Assembly: GCA_002104905.1 (NCBI GenBank)
Contig: MCFE01000187.1
Coordinates: forward strand, 62,001-126,000
Source of the DNA: Basidiobolus meristosporus CBS 931.73
Lineage: Eukaryota; Fungi; Basidiobolomycota
DNA length: 64,000 nt
Reading direction: 5' to 3'
Numbering within the stretch: the first letter of the stretch is position 1; every line of letters starts with the position of its first letter. Below, piece after piece: positions 38,615 to 51,368 of this stretch. The translations under genes and the position numbers were made by a program. Under the pieces are notes generated by a model. It searched no databases, was not told the origin of the DNA, and saw only the letters and a list, made by a program, of their open reading frames with translations.

Positions 38615-40501
38615 ACACAGACAGCATAAGAGGTTTTGCCAGGATCATGGCCAGCGTTTTGCCTCACAGGTCATACTTGACCATTCACCAGTCACTACAG
38701 TACCAACAATATCTTGCCAGCCACTTGGCACTTCTATAAAGGTGCCTGGCCTTACTTGTCACCTAATGTAAATGGAGTCACAAGAGTTTGTGATGCCTTT
38801 AGGCTCACTCCAGCGTACTGAATATGGCACATAGAGAGATAGCTCTGAAGAAGCCAGCTCACTGATGGATTGTGAGCCTATCTTCCCTTACAATAGTACC
38901 CTGCATGAGCCTGACAATATCCTAATATGCAATGAGACAAACCCATGAAGAAAAACTTGAAGGATAATATGAAGTCAGGTGAGCCAAGTAATTCATCCAC
39001 TGGTGAGTGAAGTGATGTAGTGGCTAGAGAAGTGGCCCATTTCCACTAATATCAGTATTGGTTGCTTTGAGGATTCACTACCACTTCTTGCTAAAATCAT
39101 CCCAGGTTGAAACTTACAATATATATGGTACAAATGAACAAGTGTCATGAGTCAGGCAACAAATTACCCAAAGACCATCCTGATACCAGCATGTGCTAAC
39201 AGTTACAGAGAAATTACATCAGAAAATGCCACCATTGCAAGGTTTCCACCATTTGAGGAATCCACCTCTATTGGGGGAAAATATTGCCCATTCTCTGGAT
39301 ACATTTCAGAAGTATCCCATCTAACAAAGCTCTGGCAGTCCAACAAAAACTTTAAAGCTATAAAGTACCACTCTTTGCATCAACCAGGCGCAAACATTTC
39401 TAATATTATCATGCTCAACATTACAAACATCAAAGAAGCAAGGGCTATTTTGAAGGTATGTATGACCATGCCCTAGCCTTGGCACTTGATGAATTCTCAT
39501 TAAGCAAGTACAGTAACAGTAAATCCTGCTGGCCACTGATTCTCATTGACCTAAGTCTGTCACCTATCTTACAGTATCTGTGCAGAAAGCTGATAGTATT
39601 ATTACTGTATTTGGGCCTAAATCACTGTTTAACCTGGCTAGCTACCAGTATTCATTTCTGGATGAATTTTCTATGCTCCCCAGTTGGATGACAGTAAATT
39701 GCTGTCATGTCAAAGCACCTATTATTATCTGCATTGGAGATACACCAGCCAGCAGCAAGATAGCTGACTTTTCTGGGCACAATGAACAGTACTGCTTACA
39801 AATGTGTGAGATTCAGGGGACTTACTCCATAACTCACAGATTATTATCTTCCAAGCACTAGCATTAAGAACATCATTTCCTGCAAAGTGAACATACAATA
39901 GTCAGCAAGCAAATGCTACAAAGTTGGCACGCTATCAGCCATTGGCCAGAATAAAGAATCAATTGGAAACTGGAGATACCTAAGATATAGGGTATCTGTT
40001 AGAGCAAATGCTTTCCACTGGGAGCAATGCATTTCCTTTTCAACAATATTCCTACACTAATGACCAAATTGTACATGGTGCACTTCAAGCTAAATTACCC
40101 TTCAGGATACCAGTATCTGCTACCCTGAGTACATCTCAGAGGCTCCAGTCAACATTTATATGCCTATGCAGCAATGCAAGTGTAAGGACTGGATGAACTA
40201 GATATGTATTTTTTCAAGTGGCCTTCTGAAACCATTTCTGCCAAGAGTACATTGGAAGCATTGGGAGTCATAGATGAACATTATAGGAATATTCATCCAG
40301 AAGCAGATCACCAATACCAACTTCACACATCTACAGCTTTTGTGTAAAGGGTTGGTTATTAGATTTGAGTAGCTATACTACCAGTTTAAAGCTGAATGTG
40401 TAGAACTCTGCTGCCACAGTATCCACTTGCTACCCCATGTTGCTTAGTGCACTGAGAATACTTGACCTTACTTGACCTTTTGGGAGTTTCCTAAGGAGCA
40501 G

Positions 40502-41561
40502 TGTAGTGGGGTCAGAGTGACACCCACTAACGGATGTGCTTGTTCCCATATTCTATACTTCCATATTTCTCTACTACACTTATTTTAGTTTTATCCCATT
40601 TGTCTTACCTGACCAGCACTATCCCATAAGCCTGATGACTAGCACACTGCTTACCTTTTTGCATAGGTTTTCCCTCACTTTATGTAAGATTACTAGCAGT
40701 GCGTCTATACTAGGCAGGTACCCATGCCAGTAAACATGACACATGATCAACCTGTGTCACCATCCCTACCATTTCAATTACCATATATAGTATCCCCATG
40801 TTACACTGGTTTCAGAGCACCAATTCTGGATTGGTTGGATGTGCTGTGTCTGTTAGAACCTTCCAGCTCCTACTTAGAACATTCTTAGGTCATTCTGATA
40901 TCATGAAGATTTCTATTGATATCCAGAACTTTCAGGAACACCATGATCAGTATTCACTTAGTCAGTAAGCAAAGTATATAAGGGAGGCAATCCCTCAACA
41001 ATAAATCATCATGCCTTTTATCAATATACTAACTTATGGATTAGTATGATTACTGCTACCTGCTGCTACCTAAACTTCCAACCACAGGACACTCCCAGGA
41101 AACCGCACAGACAGCCAACTGAGCTTGGAGGCACTACTTGTGAGGAATACTCAGAGTAGGTATCTTTTATTATATTTGATTCTTACTCAAGCTTGTTCTT
41201 GTACAGGCAAAGATACTTTTCTGTCTTTGTAACTATTGACCACAGCTGCATTCTTATCAGGTCCCTGCTGGTGGAGTTTACAGTTGTTTTGACTTTGGAA
41301 GCTTTAGTGCATTCTCATCTCAAAGGATGCTGAGCCCAGCACATACTTTTGTTAAGATGCCAACTAAGTTGGGGATTGTAGCTCAATAGTTTTCCCTTGA
41401 CATGCTTATGGCTTTATTCCCCATCACATTAAACTTGAGACAGAGCCCAAGTATTCCTAGCAAGCTTTTGCTAGAAGTTATTGCACCCATTGAATATCCC
41501 ACACACAAAACACTTGATAAGCATTGGATGTATCTCTCCCTTAAACCTATACACCACCACA
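40502..41561 (+). mobile_element. Solo LTR, family B (1060 bp)
   Basis: TGTAGTGGGG...CACCACCACA; TSD GCAG/GCAG; TATATAAG followed by AATAAA near 40975-41005. Confidence 0.9.
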
Positions 41562-42899
41562 GCAGATGTGTAGGGAGATCGGAAGACAAGTCAAGTAACA
41601 GGTACTACCATATCCTAATCTCAGCAAGAATATTACCTTCAAGTCTAACATGGATGTGATGAATTGGCACAAGAGGACAGCCAAGAAGAGTTGGAAAATA
41701 CTGTGAACAGATGTGCCCTTGGAGACACTTTTTTCTATGGAGTTAAGAAGCTAAGCAGCCCAAATGCATGGGTAATCAGTTAAGTAATGCAAAGCTGGGT
41801 TGGCTGCTACAAGCAACTAATTTCTTTTAGGAAAACTCTACCAAGGTATGCCAGATTTCTCTTGGTTGCAAGCCAATTTTTACATCATTTAATACAGAAC
41901 TTGCACAAACAATAGCCAGAGTGCACCTACAAGAGGGACTAGAACTCAGTTGGGAGAGGGTATATATATGCCAAATACTGGAAAGTTCCTTGCAGATATT
42001 CAGTAGGAATCCGTGGTAAAAGTGGCAGCAGCCAAGCATATGTTTTCAAGATATATATGTCACCAGCAATAAAAGGTGTACAACTACTTTGCAAGATTTA
42101 CACTAAAAAGCCGTAAAGTTGAGGTGATGGGAGTATGTCAATTGTAATAAGTGTGCACATTTGCAGAGGTTTGTATGCAGGAGGCCATATTATTTTTGAC
42201 TAAAACTATATGTGGAGTACCTAAGGTAGTAGTGGGTAACCAAATACACAGGGGTGATTTTACAGTGGAATATTTCAATTGCACAAGGGGAGGTGGAAAA
42301 AGAAATCTCATTTGGAAAATTGATACAGTAGCATTATACAGAACTAGCTTTAGGCTGCCATGCTGCCATTATAATGCCATCAGAGGCTTGCAATGAGACT
42401 GTCAAAACCTTGTCAGGTTTTTTGCCATGTAAGGCAATTGGATATACATGCCAGTTAGATCCACTTGAGTAGCTGTAGAGCACACTAAGACCACAACAAT
42501 GCCATACCACCCTTAGCCAAAACTGTACAAACACTGTTATGTTTTTTAACTTTATTTGGCTAGAAAACTTGCCATTCACTGTGGTGATCCTGTTATAAGA
42601 TTGTGTATATGGTAATTAATTCCAAGCTACTGGTATTACTACAGTCTCTAATTGGGATCTTGATGGCTAATATAGATTGGATCCACCAGCAAGACCAAAT
42701 TATTTTTCATAGGGATAGAATGTAGCCATAGATCTAGTCAAATACTTTATTGGTTGGTAGAAGGAAAGAACTCAGACAGAAGTGAGCTATTGTAGACCTC
42801 AGACTATTGAAGAAGCTATGAATATAACCCCTGACTATGGCTTGGCTATGTTTGGAGTTGAGAAACCCACAATTCCTATGAGAGAAAATTCTGCTGGTC

Positions 42900-44690
42900 C
42901 TGTCAGAAGGTGGTCAGAAACTGTAGGTCCTGTGACTGAGAAGCTTTTAACGGTAAAATTTTGTGTACTCATCTTCAAGAGACAGGGGTAAGTTTGGGTC
43001 CATGATGCTCAAAGGGTGGGAAAAGCTTTTGAGAAGAACAAAGAGGTAATGGGGAGGATAGCAAGCATGTTAAAAGAGTCAAAATTGGAAGTGTTGCCAA
43101 AAAAGAAGAACATATTTAGTTGTTAAGACTGATGAGGCTGGATGACATAGAGGTTGTGATGGTATGTAAAGCATTGTATGAGACAAAGCGTGGGGTGACA
43201 AGGACTGCACAAGCATCAGGGGTGGGGTTAGTGTCATCAGTGGGATGTGCAAAATATCCAACATAAGCGGTAATGGTAGCAGGGAGGGTAGCAAAAGAAT
43301 ATGGTGTGGAGGTACCAGATTCAGAGAGGATGTTTAAGCAGTGGATATCAGAGGGGGTATTTTTAATAAGCATGGAGCATATAAAAAATTTGTCAAGATA
43401 GGTATATTTGAAGAAAGAAGGGAAAGTGGTAACAATATTGAAGGAAAAAGATAAAATGAGTTTATTAGATTGTGTGGGGTTGGAATATTTAATTAAAGTG
43501 TCAAGTATTCCAGAAAAGGACTTGACAGGGAAGGATTGGCACAAGATCAAGTACTTACTAAGGCAACTGAAATGTTGGTATATGAGATGGAAGTATTACT
43601 GGTTTTGTGGTATCTGTGAATATAAATGGTTTACAATTAGTAGGATAGCAGGTTTGATGTGAAAGTATTAGATTAATATTGGTAAAGATGCAAATAGATT
43701 TTTAAAATGTAATAATGTCAAATTTGGTAGAAATAGTTTTTTTTCATGACAAGATAAGTTGTTTTCCAAAGTAGATTGGAGGAATGGATACAACTAATAC
43801 TATATTCAAGATAAATAAGAGTTTTGTTGAAGAATTTTTTATCATGAGAAAAGAATTGATGGGAAAAAAATTTTGACAAAGAGGATTTGTATCAGGAGGT
43901 GGCTAATGTTATACTTGATAACAGGTAAAGGTTTGTCAGCCACATTTATCTTGAATGAAAAAAAACTTTTTTAAAAAGGTTTTGACAAAAGAAAAGTATT
44001 AAGGATGTAGCTAATGTTGAATTTAGTGGGAGCACAAGTTTTATCAAATTAGTATTTTCTTGGATGAGATAAAATTTGACAGACAAGATTTGTGAACTGG
44101 ATGCAACTAATGTTACATTTCATGGAAGCACAAGTTTGGTCAAATTTTTATTATCTTCAATAAAAAAAAGCTTATAAAAAAGTTTCAACAAAAAAGATTT
44201 CTGAACTGGACACAGCTAATATTATACACAATGGAAGCACAAGTTTGGACAAGTTGCTTTTATTGTGGGCAAATAATAAGTTTTTTAAAAAGTTTCAGCT
44301 AAGAAGATTTGTGAGCTAGATGAGGCTAATGTTATATTTAATGGAAGCATAACTTTTGTCAAACAAGTGTTATGTTGGACTTGTTATATTTAATGAAAGC
44401 ATAACTTTTGTCAAAAATTCTTTTATCTTGGGCAAGAACAATTTTTTATAAGTTTTAACAAAAAAGATTTGTAAACTGGATGTGACCAATGTTATACTTA
44501 ACGGAAATACAAGTTTGGTCCAAAAATATTTTCTTTTGGACAAAAATGTTTGTATTCAGGATGAGTCTAATGTTCAAATAATCTTTATATTTGACAAAAA
44601 ATCTTTTGACAAAAAAAAATTTGTATTCAGGATGCAACTAACATCTAAAAATGCCTCTATTACCTGAATCCATTACTGGATGAAATTTGT
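42900..44690 (-). pseudogene. Very AT-rich decayed coding-like region with repeat-encoded LRR-like motifs
   Basis: Minus-strand ORF 43116..43550, preceded by repeats that translate as ...NLTKLVLPxNVTLVASSSQ...; stops and frameshifts are present. Identity unknown. Confidence 0.4.
43750..44650. repeat. Degenerate tandem array, ~110-bp unit, about 8 copies
   Basis: Recurring GATTT(G/C)TGAACTGGATG...CTAATGTTA...GGAAGCACAAGTTTGG near 43773, 43883, 44086, 44196, 44305 and 44466. Confidence 0.8.
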
Positions 44691-44699
44691 TTGCTTTGC

Positions 44700-46010
44700 A
44701 GCGGGATAACAGTGAATGCCATCAAGTCAAAGCACATCTTATTATCTGGATTGGAAATACCCAGCCATCAGCAAGATTTCTGGCTTTTCTGGGCACAAAA
44801 TTGGTATTGCTGCCAAAGGTGTGAGATCTAAAAGATTTACTCCATAACTCACATACATTGTTATTGCCAAAATGCTAACCCAAGAACATCATCTTTCTGG
44901 CAAGAGGATGCAAAGAAGGCAATATGCAATTGTAGCAAAGTTGGCAAGCTATAAACTATTGGCAGGAATATCAAGCTAATTGGAGGCCAGAGCTACTAAA
45001 GATATTGGGTATCTGTTGGAGCAAAAGCTTTCCTGTGTTAACAATGCATTTCTTTTTCAGCACTATCCATATACTGATGACCAAATTGTTCACGGGGTAT
45101 TCCAAGCAAAATGAGCTCTTTGCAATACCAGAGAAATTTAAAAGAATTGCCAAGTTATTTCAGACAATCTGCTACCCTGAGTACTTCTCATGGTCTCCAA
45201 TTAGCATTCATATTCTGCTCATTTGGTGTCACAATCTCTCTGTACTCAGTTTGCACATGTTGATGTGTTTAGCTGAATGCTGTTACAGTAGTGCTAAGTG
45301 TCCTGCAAGTTGTTATTGTTATATTTGTGGCCAACAAGTGCCCAAATATCACTTGTGATGCAAAACACTGGCCAGGATCATTGCAATATCCCCATTGGTA
45401 TCTTCATGTGACATGGCTGCAAGGCTTGGTACAGCAGCCACATGGCCTTTTTTCTCCTCTCTTTTGAGTTGAATCAAAGCAGTCTTATCAATGGGGCAAA
45501 CCGATCAACACTTAATAAAGCTATGCTAACATATCATGATTTGTCAATATTCATGTGATTGTAAGACTTTCTTGTATTTGAGATGTTGCACCTGCATGAA
45601 TGTACAATTCAATACCCACAAACCACTGTAAAAGTTTTACATATAGTTGTGGCACAACATACACATCTATATGTAAAATTATTTCTCCTTTGATTTAAGT
45701 TGCCTCCATATGTGTATTCTACCAAAAAATATAGCAGAGCTGACTGAATTGCAACTGAACCTCACCACAGACAATGGCAGAAGAATGATTGAGTAACAGC
45801 ATGCTTTACATTTGGTGCAATAAGTGGAGCTACATTCAGACTAACCATGATGAAATTGTACTCACTGAGGTAACAATTTGTACCTCTCAGGCTATCAGCC
45901 AGGTTGACCACAGACAGTCTCTGCAAAGCCACAAGCTGGCCATAATGCTCAAGCAGATGAGAATATATCAAATGCAGTACCTGCAATGGAAGAACAGCAA
46001 ATAGACTTGT
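44700..46010. mobile_element. Internally deleted CACTA/CMC fragment (transposase pieces on minus strand, ORF2 start on plus strand)
   Basis: Collinear with 51550-52070 and 53130-53760. Confidence 0.72.
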
Positions 46011-46399
46011 ACCATTGAATAGTGCCACATAGTGCCAGCCAATTTAAAATGCTGGATTTTGTTATAAAGGTTGTGGAAATATTGGAAGTAGCTTGAGAGC
46101 AAGTAGAGCCTGCGGTTTCCACTGAATGATTAGTTATATGCAAGAGTAGTGCAATACTTTTGCATGGTCTAGGCATAATGTACATGTGGAGTAAGCCTAG
46201 GGAGGACCCAAGTGTTGAAAAAATTTGTAATTCCACCCATATACTCACCTATCTTTGTCATTAAGACCATTGCTACAAATCTCACATAATATTTATCAAC
46301 TTCTTTGTTGGGATTTACTTAAAATATCTCTACAAAATATCAGATACCCTGAATATAAAAGCTCTTAAAGTTGTATAAACAGCCCCAAACTTTGCACAC

Positions 46400-46860
46400 A
46401 TGTTCTTAGGACCTTCCTAAGTCCATTATATATGCCTATTATGGCAAATCTATTGCAGGATAGACTCTTATTTGAAAACATTTAGTTTCAAATGGAGTAA
46501 TGCTGACTATAGTATCTACTCTTAGCCAGAGGGAGCAAATATAGCTTGATTAGCTTTGTATGCCCATGATCTTATTATAGTCATCAATCAGCAGGAAACC
46601 ATGGAAGAGACTATATCCATTCTAACTAAGGTGCTCAAGATGTTCAATCTATGAGAGCTCAGTCACTACCTAGGCATAATGTTCTCCATTAACAGAAGTG
46701 CCCAGACTATTACCCTCAGCTAGTCCAAGTATATTCAAGATATGCCAAAGAAATATTAAAAGAATGTGTGTAAACTGGCAGCTACCCCAATAAAGACAAA
46801 CTTTGGCTTGGTCAAAAATCAACCAAACCAAGACAGCTTAGTGCCATCTAAAAGCCCTGA
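46400..46860 (+). pseudogene. Ty1/copia reverse transcriptase remnant
   Basis: Manual translation: FKWSNADYSIY...LALYAHDLII...ELSHYLGIM...TLS*SKYIQDM, matching copia LxLYVDDL...LGI...LSQxKYI. Confidence 0.78.
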
Positions 46861-47479
46861 CTTTCCTCATTATTTACTTGGAATGTATTAGCAAGATATC
46901 AGGTACCCAGAAAATGAAAATTCTCAGAGTTATCTGGACAGCCCCAAACTTTGCTCACATGTTCTGGGGACATCCCTAGGCCTACACTGCATGTTTATTG
47001 TGCTAAGACTATGTCAAAGTATAAGCACTACTTTACATTCATATATCATTAAGTGCAAAACACATAATCTACTTGTTCTTCCAATCAATTCCAATATCTC
47101 TAAGACTTTACCAACACAAAGGCACGTGTGCAATGTTTAGGGCTGCTTGAGCAACTTTGACAAGCTTCTTGTACTAGGTATTTGATAGCTTGGTACAAAG
47201 ATTCCAAGTAAAGCCCAATAAGGAATATATTCAGTATTCTCTATGATTTGTAGGTATTGATCTAAGTGACTTAGTTAGGTGATATTTAAGGTGGAACTAC
47301 AAACATTACTCATGCACATGTCTTTACACTTGGCCATTAGTAGGTTATTTCTTGTGAACTGACCAATGAAGATCCATTGGAAGTACCTCTACTGCAGGAG
47401 CCTTTGGCAAATTAACTGACATAGCTGTGCATGATACTTCAGACTAGTTCCATAAAGTCAGCTGGAGCAATTCAGTGTG

Positions 47480-48190
47480 GACAAGCTTCAGCACTCTATG
47501 CCTCAACAAGATGGCAAAATACTGACTACAAGCTCATATGTAGCTAAGATGATAGTCTACAAGGAATTAGCTTAGGTTTGCAAAGTGAATCACTGCCTAC
47601 TCTTTCAGTGGTAATCCCTGTGAGAAAAAGCTTGGAGAAGGCAATGCAACTGATTTGTCTTGCAGCTACCCAATTGGCCACATGCTAGCTATGACACCTG
47701 CTCCAATCACTAACAACTTGGATATACTTGCTCCATAGGCATATGAGATACTTGGTGGCAAATCAGGTAGCTTGTGTATCAGCGAATGAGCCAATTGGGG
47801 GCTCATAGCTTCAGGATAGTTTTGAATTAATCTACCACTGACAAGCTATCAAATCAGAATGAAGGTGCCCAAAGTGATAAGTATCAGTATGGTTTACAGT
47901 GTGATATCCATTTACTTCCATTTACACTTCAAAAACTTATCAAATACTGGATTTTACCTACCATGATAATGGTACCTGATTGCACATGTGATGTAAATAT
48001 CACCAGGTGGTGATATCTTCTATACCAGCCTTACTGTATCAGAATGTGCCACAGTGTGCACAATTGTTCCACACAATATAACATTGTCCAAAAGCAATTA
48101 TGACTACTGGTAGCAACAGTATTGAGCATAGCTGTTCTTTACAACCACAGATTAGGCTGCAACCCTGGCATTGTACAATGGGACAAGTCT
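47480..48190 (-). mobile_element. Decayed long copy of the AGACTTGTT-TIR element (may extend left to ~46900)
   Basis: The reverse complement is collinear with 63094..64000. It ends ...GGACAAGTCT followed by AAT. Confidence 0.82.
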
Positions 48191-48199
48191 AATGACTAT

Positions 48200-49370
48200 A
48201 ATAACATCACTACCAGCAGTGTTGGCAATGATGCTGCCAGCTCTTACCAAATTATTGATAAGGCAATTAGGTGCAGTAGCTAATAGAATACAAGCAATGC
48301 CTGAAGAAATCAGAAAATAGTCTGGAAACTGGATGAGTGCATAATGAGTGTATAGCAATCATCCTATGATAATAATTACAATGATGCTATCAAAAGGCTA
48401 TTACAAAGCTTAATCCCACAATTGGGATCTACTGAAACATTTAGGACAAAATACAAAGACTGTAAAAATTGCTTCTCAGATTTCACAGAAAACCGGATTA
48501 AAATTTCTCACCAAAACAATATGTTAGTGCCTTTGAATTTGTTCTCTGCTAGTTTTCTCACTTTTTGAGCACATAAACTGATCACCTCAAGCAACTCCAT
48601 TAATATTCACCACTCAATAAGTATTTCTGCTGTAACACTCAGGCTCCACAACTTTGGCGGGAACCTAACAGCTTTATGCCACCGTTCATTTACTGGTTCC
48701 TACATGTCCTGGTCATCAGCCGGCACAGCAAGGTCTAGCTCCTCATCTGCCAGTCTTTGCAATAAATCCTTGCAATATTCCAGTGCATTTTCTTGAGCAC
48801 TGCTCTTGAAGAAATGCTGCAACCTTTTGGTGTGCTTATTGATGTTCCAAAACTCCACTGAAGGCATGATGATAGTCTTTTGAACTCTTGATGTTGTAGC
48901 CCTGTCTGTCAGTGGGATCCTCACTCTGTCAACAATGGAGGATGTGGAGGCTGTGGTAGATGAATTGCCTTTTTCAACAAACTAATCTACCTTGCTGGAG
49001 TGTAGTGCAACTGGCTGCACTTACAATTCTTGTGAAAACAGTTGTTTTCTTCTTGGTAATTCTTCTTGGCTATGATGGGATTCCATCTGTTCTGGGCTTG
49101 TGGCACTAATTGGCAAGAACTGTATTTTTTTTGGATGCCTCCCTGTCTCAGGCATGGGCAGATAGTTTTCCCTTTACCTTTTCCTTTGTTGCTCCCAGAT
49201 CTTTCACTGCCACTTTATCTGAGTACTACTTGTAAAGAACTAAGTTTTCTCCTCAATAAGTTCTGTTCTGCCTCCTCTGTTTTGGCCTGCTTGTCCCTTG
49301 CTGGCACTCTTCTGTCAACCTGATGTTTCTTTTCTGCTAATTTTGAGCTCTCAACTGTAGTTGTGACAGG
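48200..49370. mobile_element. Fragments of CACTA ORF2 (plus strand 48200-48350; minus strand 48590-49370)
   Basis: ORF 48700..48924 reads MPSVEFWNINKHTKRLQHFFKSSAQENALEYCKDLLQRL. Confidence 0.72.
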
Positions 49371-49943
49371 CTATCTAACCATACAGTATATCCAATTGCC
49401 TTATATGGCAAAAAACTCGACAGTATTTTGATGGCCTCACAGCAAGTCTTGGATAGAATCATCATGACACTATGGTGGCCTACAGCTAGTTCTGTATAAT
49501 GCAACTGTACCAATTTACCAAGTGGTATTTCCTTTTCTACCTCCCCTGGCGCAATTAATATATTCCACTGTAGAATGACCCCTCTTTATTTGCTTACCCA
49601 CAACCACCTTGGGTATTCCACATATAGTTTCAATCAAAAAAAACTATGGCCACCTGCTTACTAACCTCTACAAACATGCATACCTGCCACAATTGACATA
49701 CTTCCATCACCTCAACTTTACGGCTTTTTAGTGTGATACTTGCAAAGTTGCCATATACCTTGTACTGCTGGTAACATACACATCTTGCAAACAAATGCTT
49801 GGTTGTTGCCACTTCTGCCATAAATACCTCCTGAATATCCAGAATGAACTGCTTGGTATTTAGCCAATATATTCCTTCTCCCTGCTGGATTCTAGTCCCC
49901 CTTTTAGGTACTCTCTAGCTTTTGTTTGTGTGAATTCTGTATT

Positions 49944-50124
49944 AGACTTGTTCCATTGTGCCATTGGTCATAATGCCTGAAAGTGCTGTATGTTTTGTTA
50001 TTAATTTGATATTTTAGGGTCATATGCATGTCAATTTTGATCCCAAATTGACACTATATGGCACCATCTGGCATGCTATGGCACTATTGGGTACTATGAT
50101 CAGCTGAAATGCTGAAACAAGTCT
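49944..50124. mobile_element. MITE (181 bp), TIR AGACTTGTT, TSD ATT
   Basis: The empty site TCTGT-ATT-GAATGG is present in paralogous transposase copies (~19350, ~17000). Confidence 0.9.
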
Positions 50125-50557
50125 ATTGAATGGTGTAGGAGTTGGCTTGTGACCACAAAAAATCCGGCATATCTTAGTAGAGTTTTCCTGAAAAAAATTA
50201 GTTGCTTGTTGCACCCAACCCAACTTTGCATTACTTCACTGATTACCCATGCATTAGGGCTGCTTAGCTTCTTAATACCATAAACATGGGTGTCTCCATG
50301 TGCACATCTGTCCTGAGTATTTTCCAACTCTTTCTGGCTGTCCTCTATGTGCCAACTCATCACATTCATGACAGACTTGAAGGTAATATTCTTGATGAGA
50401 TTGGGATATGGTAGTACCTGCAGCTTGACTTGTCTTCCTATCTTCCCACACATGCTCCATAGGAAACTACCAAAAGGTGAAGCAAGGCCCAATATTCTCC
50501 ACACACCGTGCAAGATGGAATAGAGAATGGATACAGTAGCAGCAGAGATCTACACAT

Positions 50558-51368
50558 TGTGGTAGGGTAAACATACCTCCCACAGACAAGTTTATTCATA
50601 TAGCCATTATGATATACTTATCCATATTTTATCTTATCAGTAATATCCCATTCTTCTTTTGCTGGTATTATCAGCATTATCCCCATATGATATTTACCCT
50701 GATTAGTTAATAGCATTAGTTATCCCAGATGTTATTCAGCTTTGTGATCAGTATATGTATCTACACAAGGCAAGTACCCACGTCAGTACCTGTGACACAT
50801 GACCTATGTCTGTGTAGCCATCCCTAACATTTCAATACCATATATGGTATTTCTATGTTGCACAGGTTTCAGACTACTGATTCCTGATACCTGATTGGTT
50901 GGATGAGCTGTGCCTTTTAGAACCTTTCAGGACATTCTTGGCATATTTTCAACTCAAATTGATGTTATCAAGAGTTCCACTGCTCCCTAGAATCTTCTAG
51001 AACCTTGTCATTAGTAATCACTTGGCAATCAGGAAAAGTATTTAAGGGAAAACAATCCCTCATCAATAAATCATCCCTTCTATCAGTAACACTTCTCCCT
51101 TATTAATTAGCAGTTGATCACTGCACCTGCCTTCAACAGTACATCTCAGACCTGCCATCAAGGAGCTTTTCAGGGTAGTGCACAAGACACACAGAGGCCT
51201 TTGGAGACACTTGGAGCACCTAGGAAGCTTGAGAAGCAGGAGCTTTTTCCATAGTGACATATTGACAAAGACACCAGCAGTTTAGACACAGAGGCTATTG
51301 CACCCATCAGACACCTCACACACCTTGAGTTGTGTAGCTTCTCCCAGGAGTACCTCTACACCACCACA
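50558..51368 (+). mobile_element. Solo LTR, family C (811 bp)
   Basis: TGTGGTAGGG...CACCACCACA; flanks ACAT/GCAT; reverse-complement homologue of 58406..59209. Confidence 0.88.

Larger units (their letters stand above)
30731..42714. mobile_element. CACTA/CMC-type DNA transposon with both termini (net ~4.9 kb after removing three nested LTR insertions)
   Basis: CCCTATG at 30731 and CATAGGG ending at 42714; putative 3-bp TSD AAA/ATA. ORF2 remnants on the minus strand (31063-31990, 36961-37347) and transposase remnants on the plus strand (~37490-42330). Confidence 0.83.
30177..42875 (+). pseudogene. Second, older gag remnant of the same Ty3 family, split into 30177..30730 and 42715..42875 by a CACTA insertion
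   Basis: Begins ACA-TTGGTAGCAG (LTR end + PBS). The left piece ends GAACAAATTGAAA. The right piece resumes (AT)AGAATG...AGACCTCAGACTATTGAAGAAGC...GCTATGTTTGGAGTTG, matching intact gag at ~32935-33090. Confidence 0.8.

Noticed and set aside
43750-44650. CRISPR-like array
   Set aside because: Units are degenerate along their whole length with no constant repeat and unique spacer pattern, there are no cas genes, and the context is eukaryotic. The same applies to 22085-22393.
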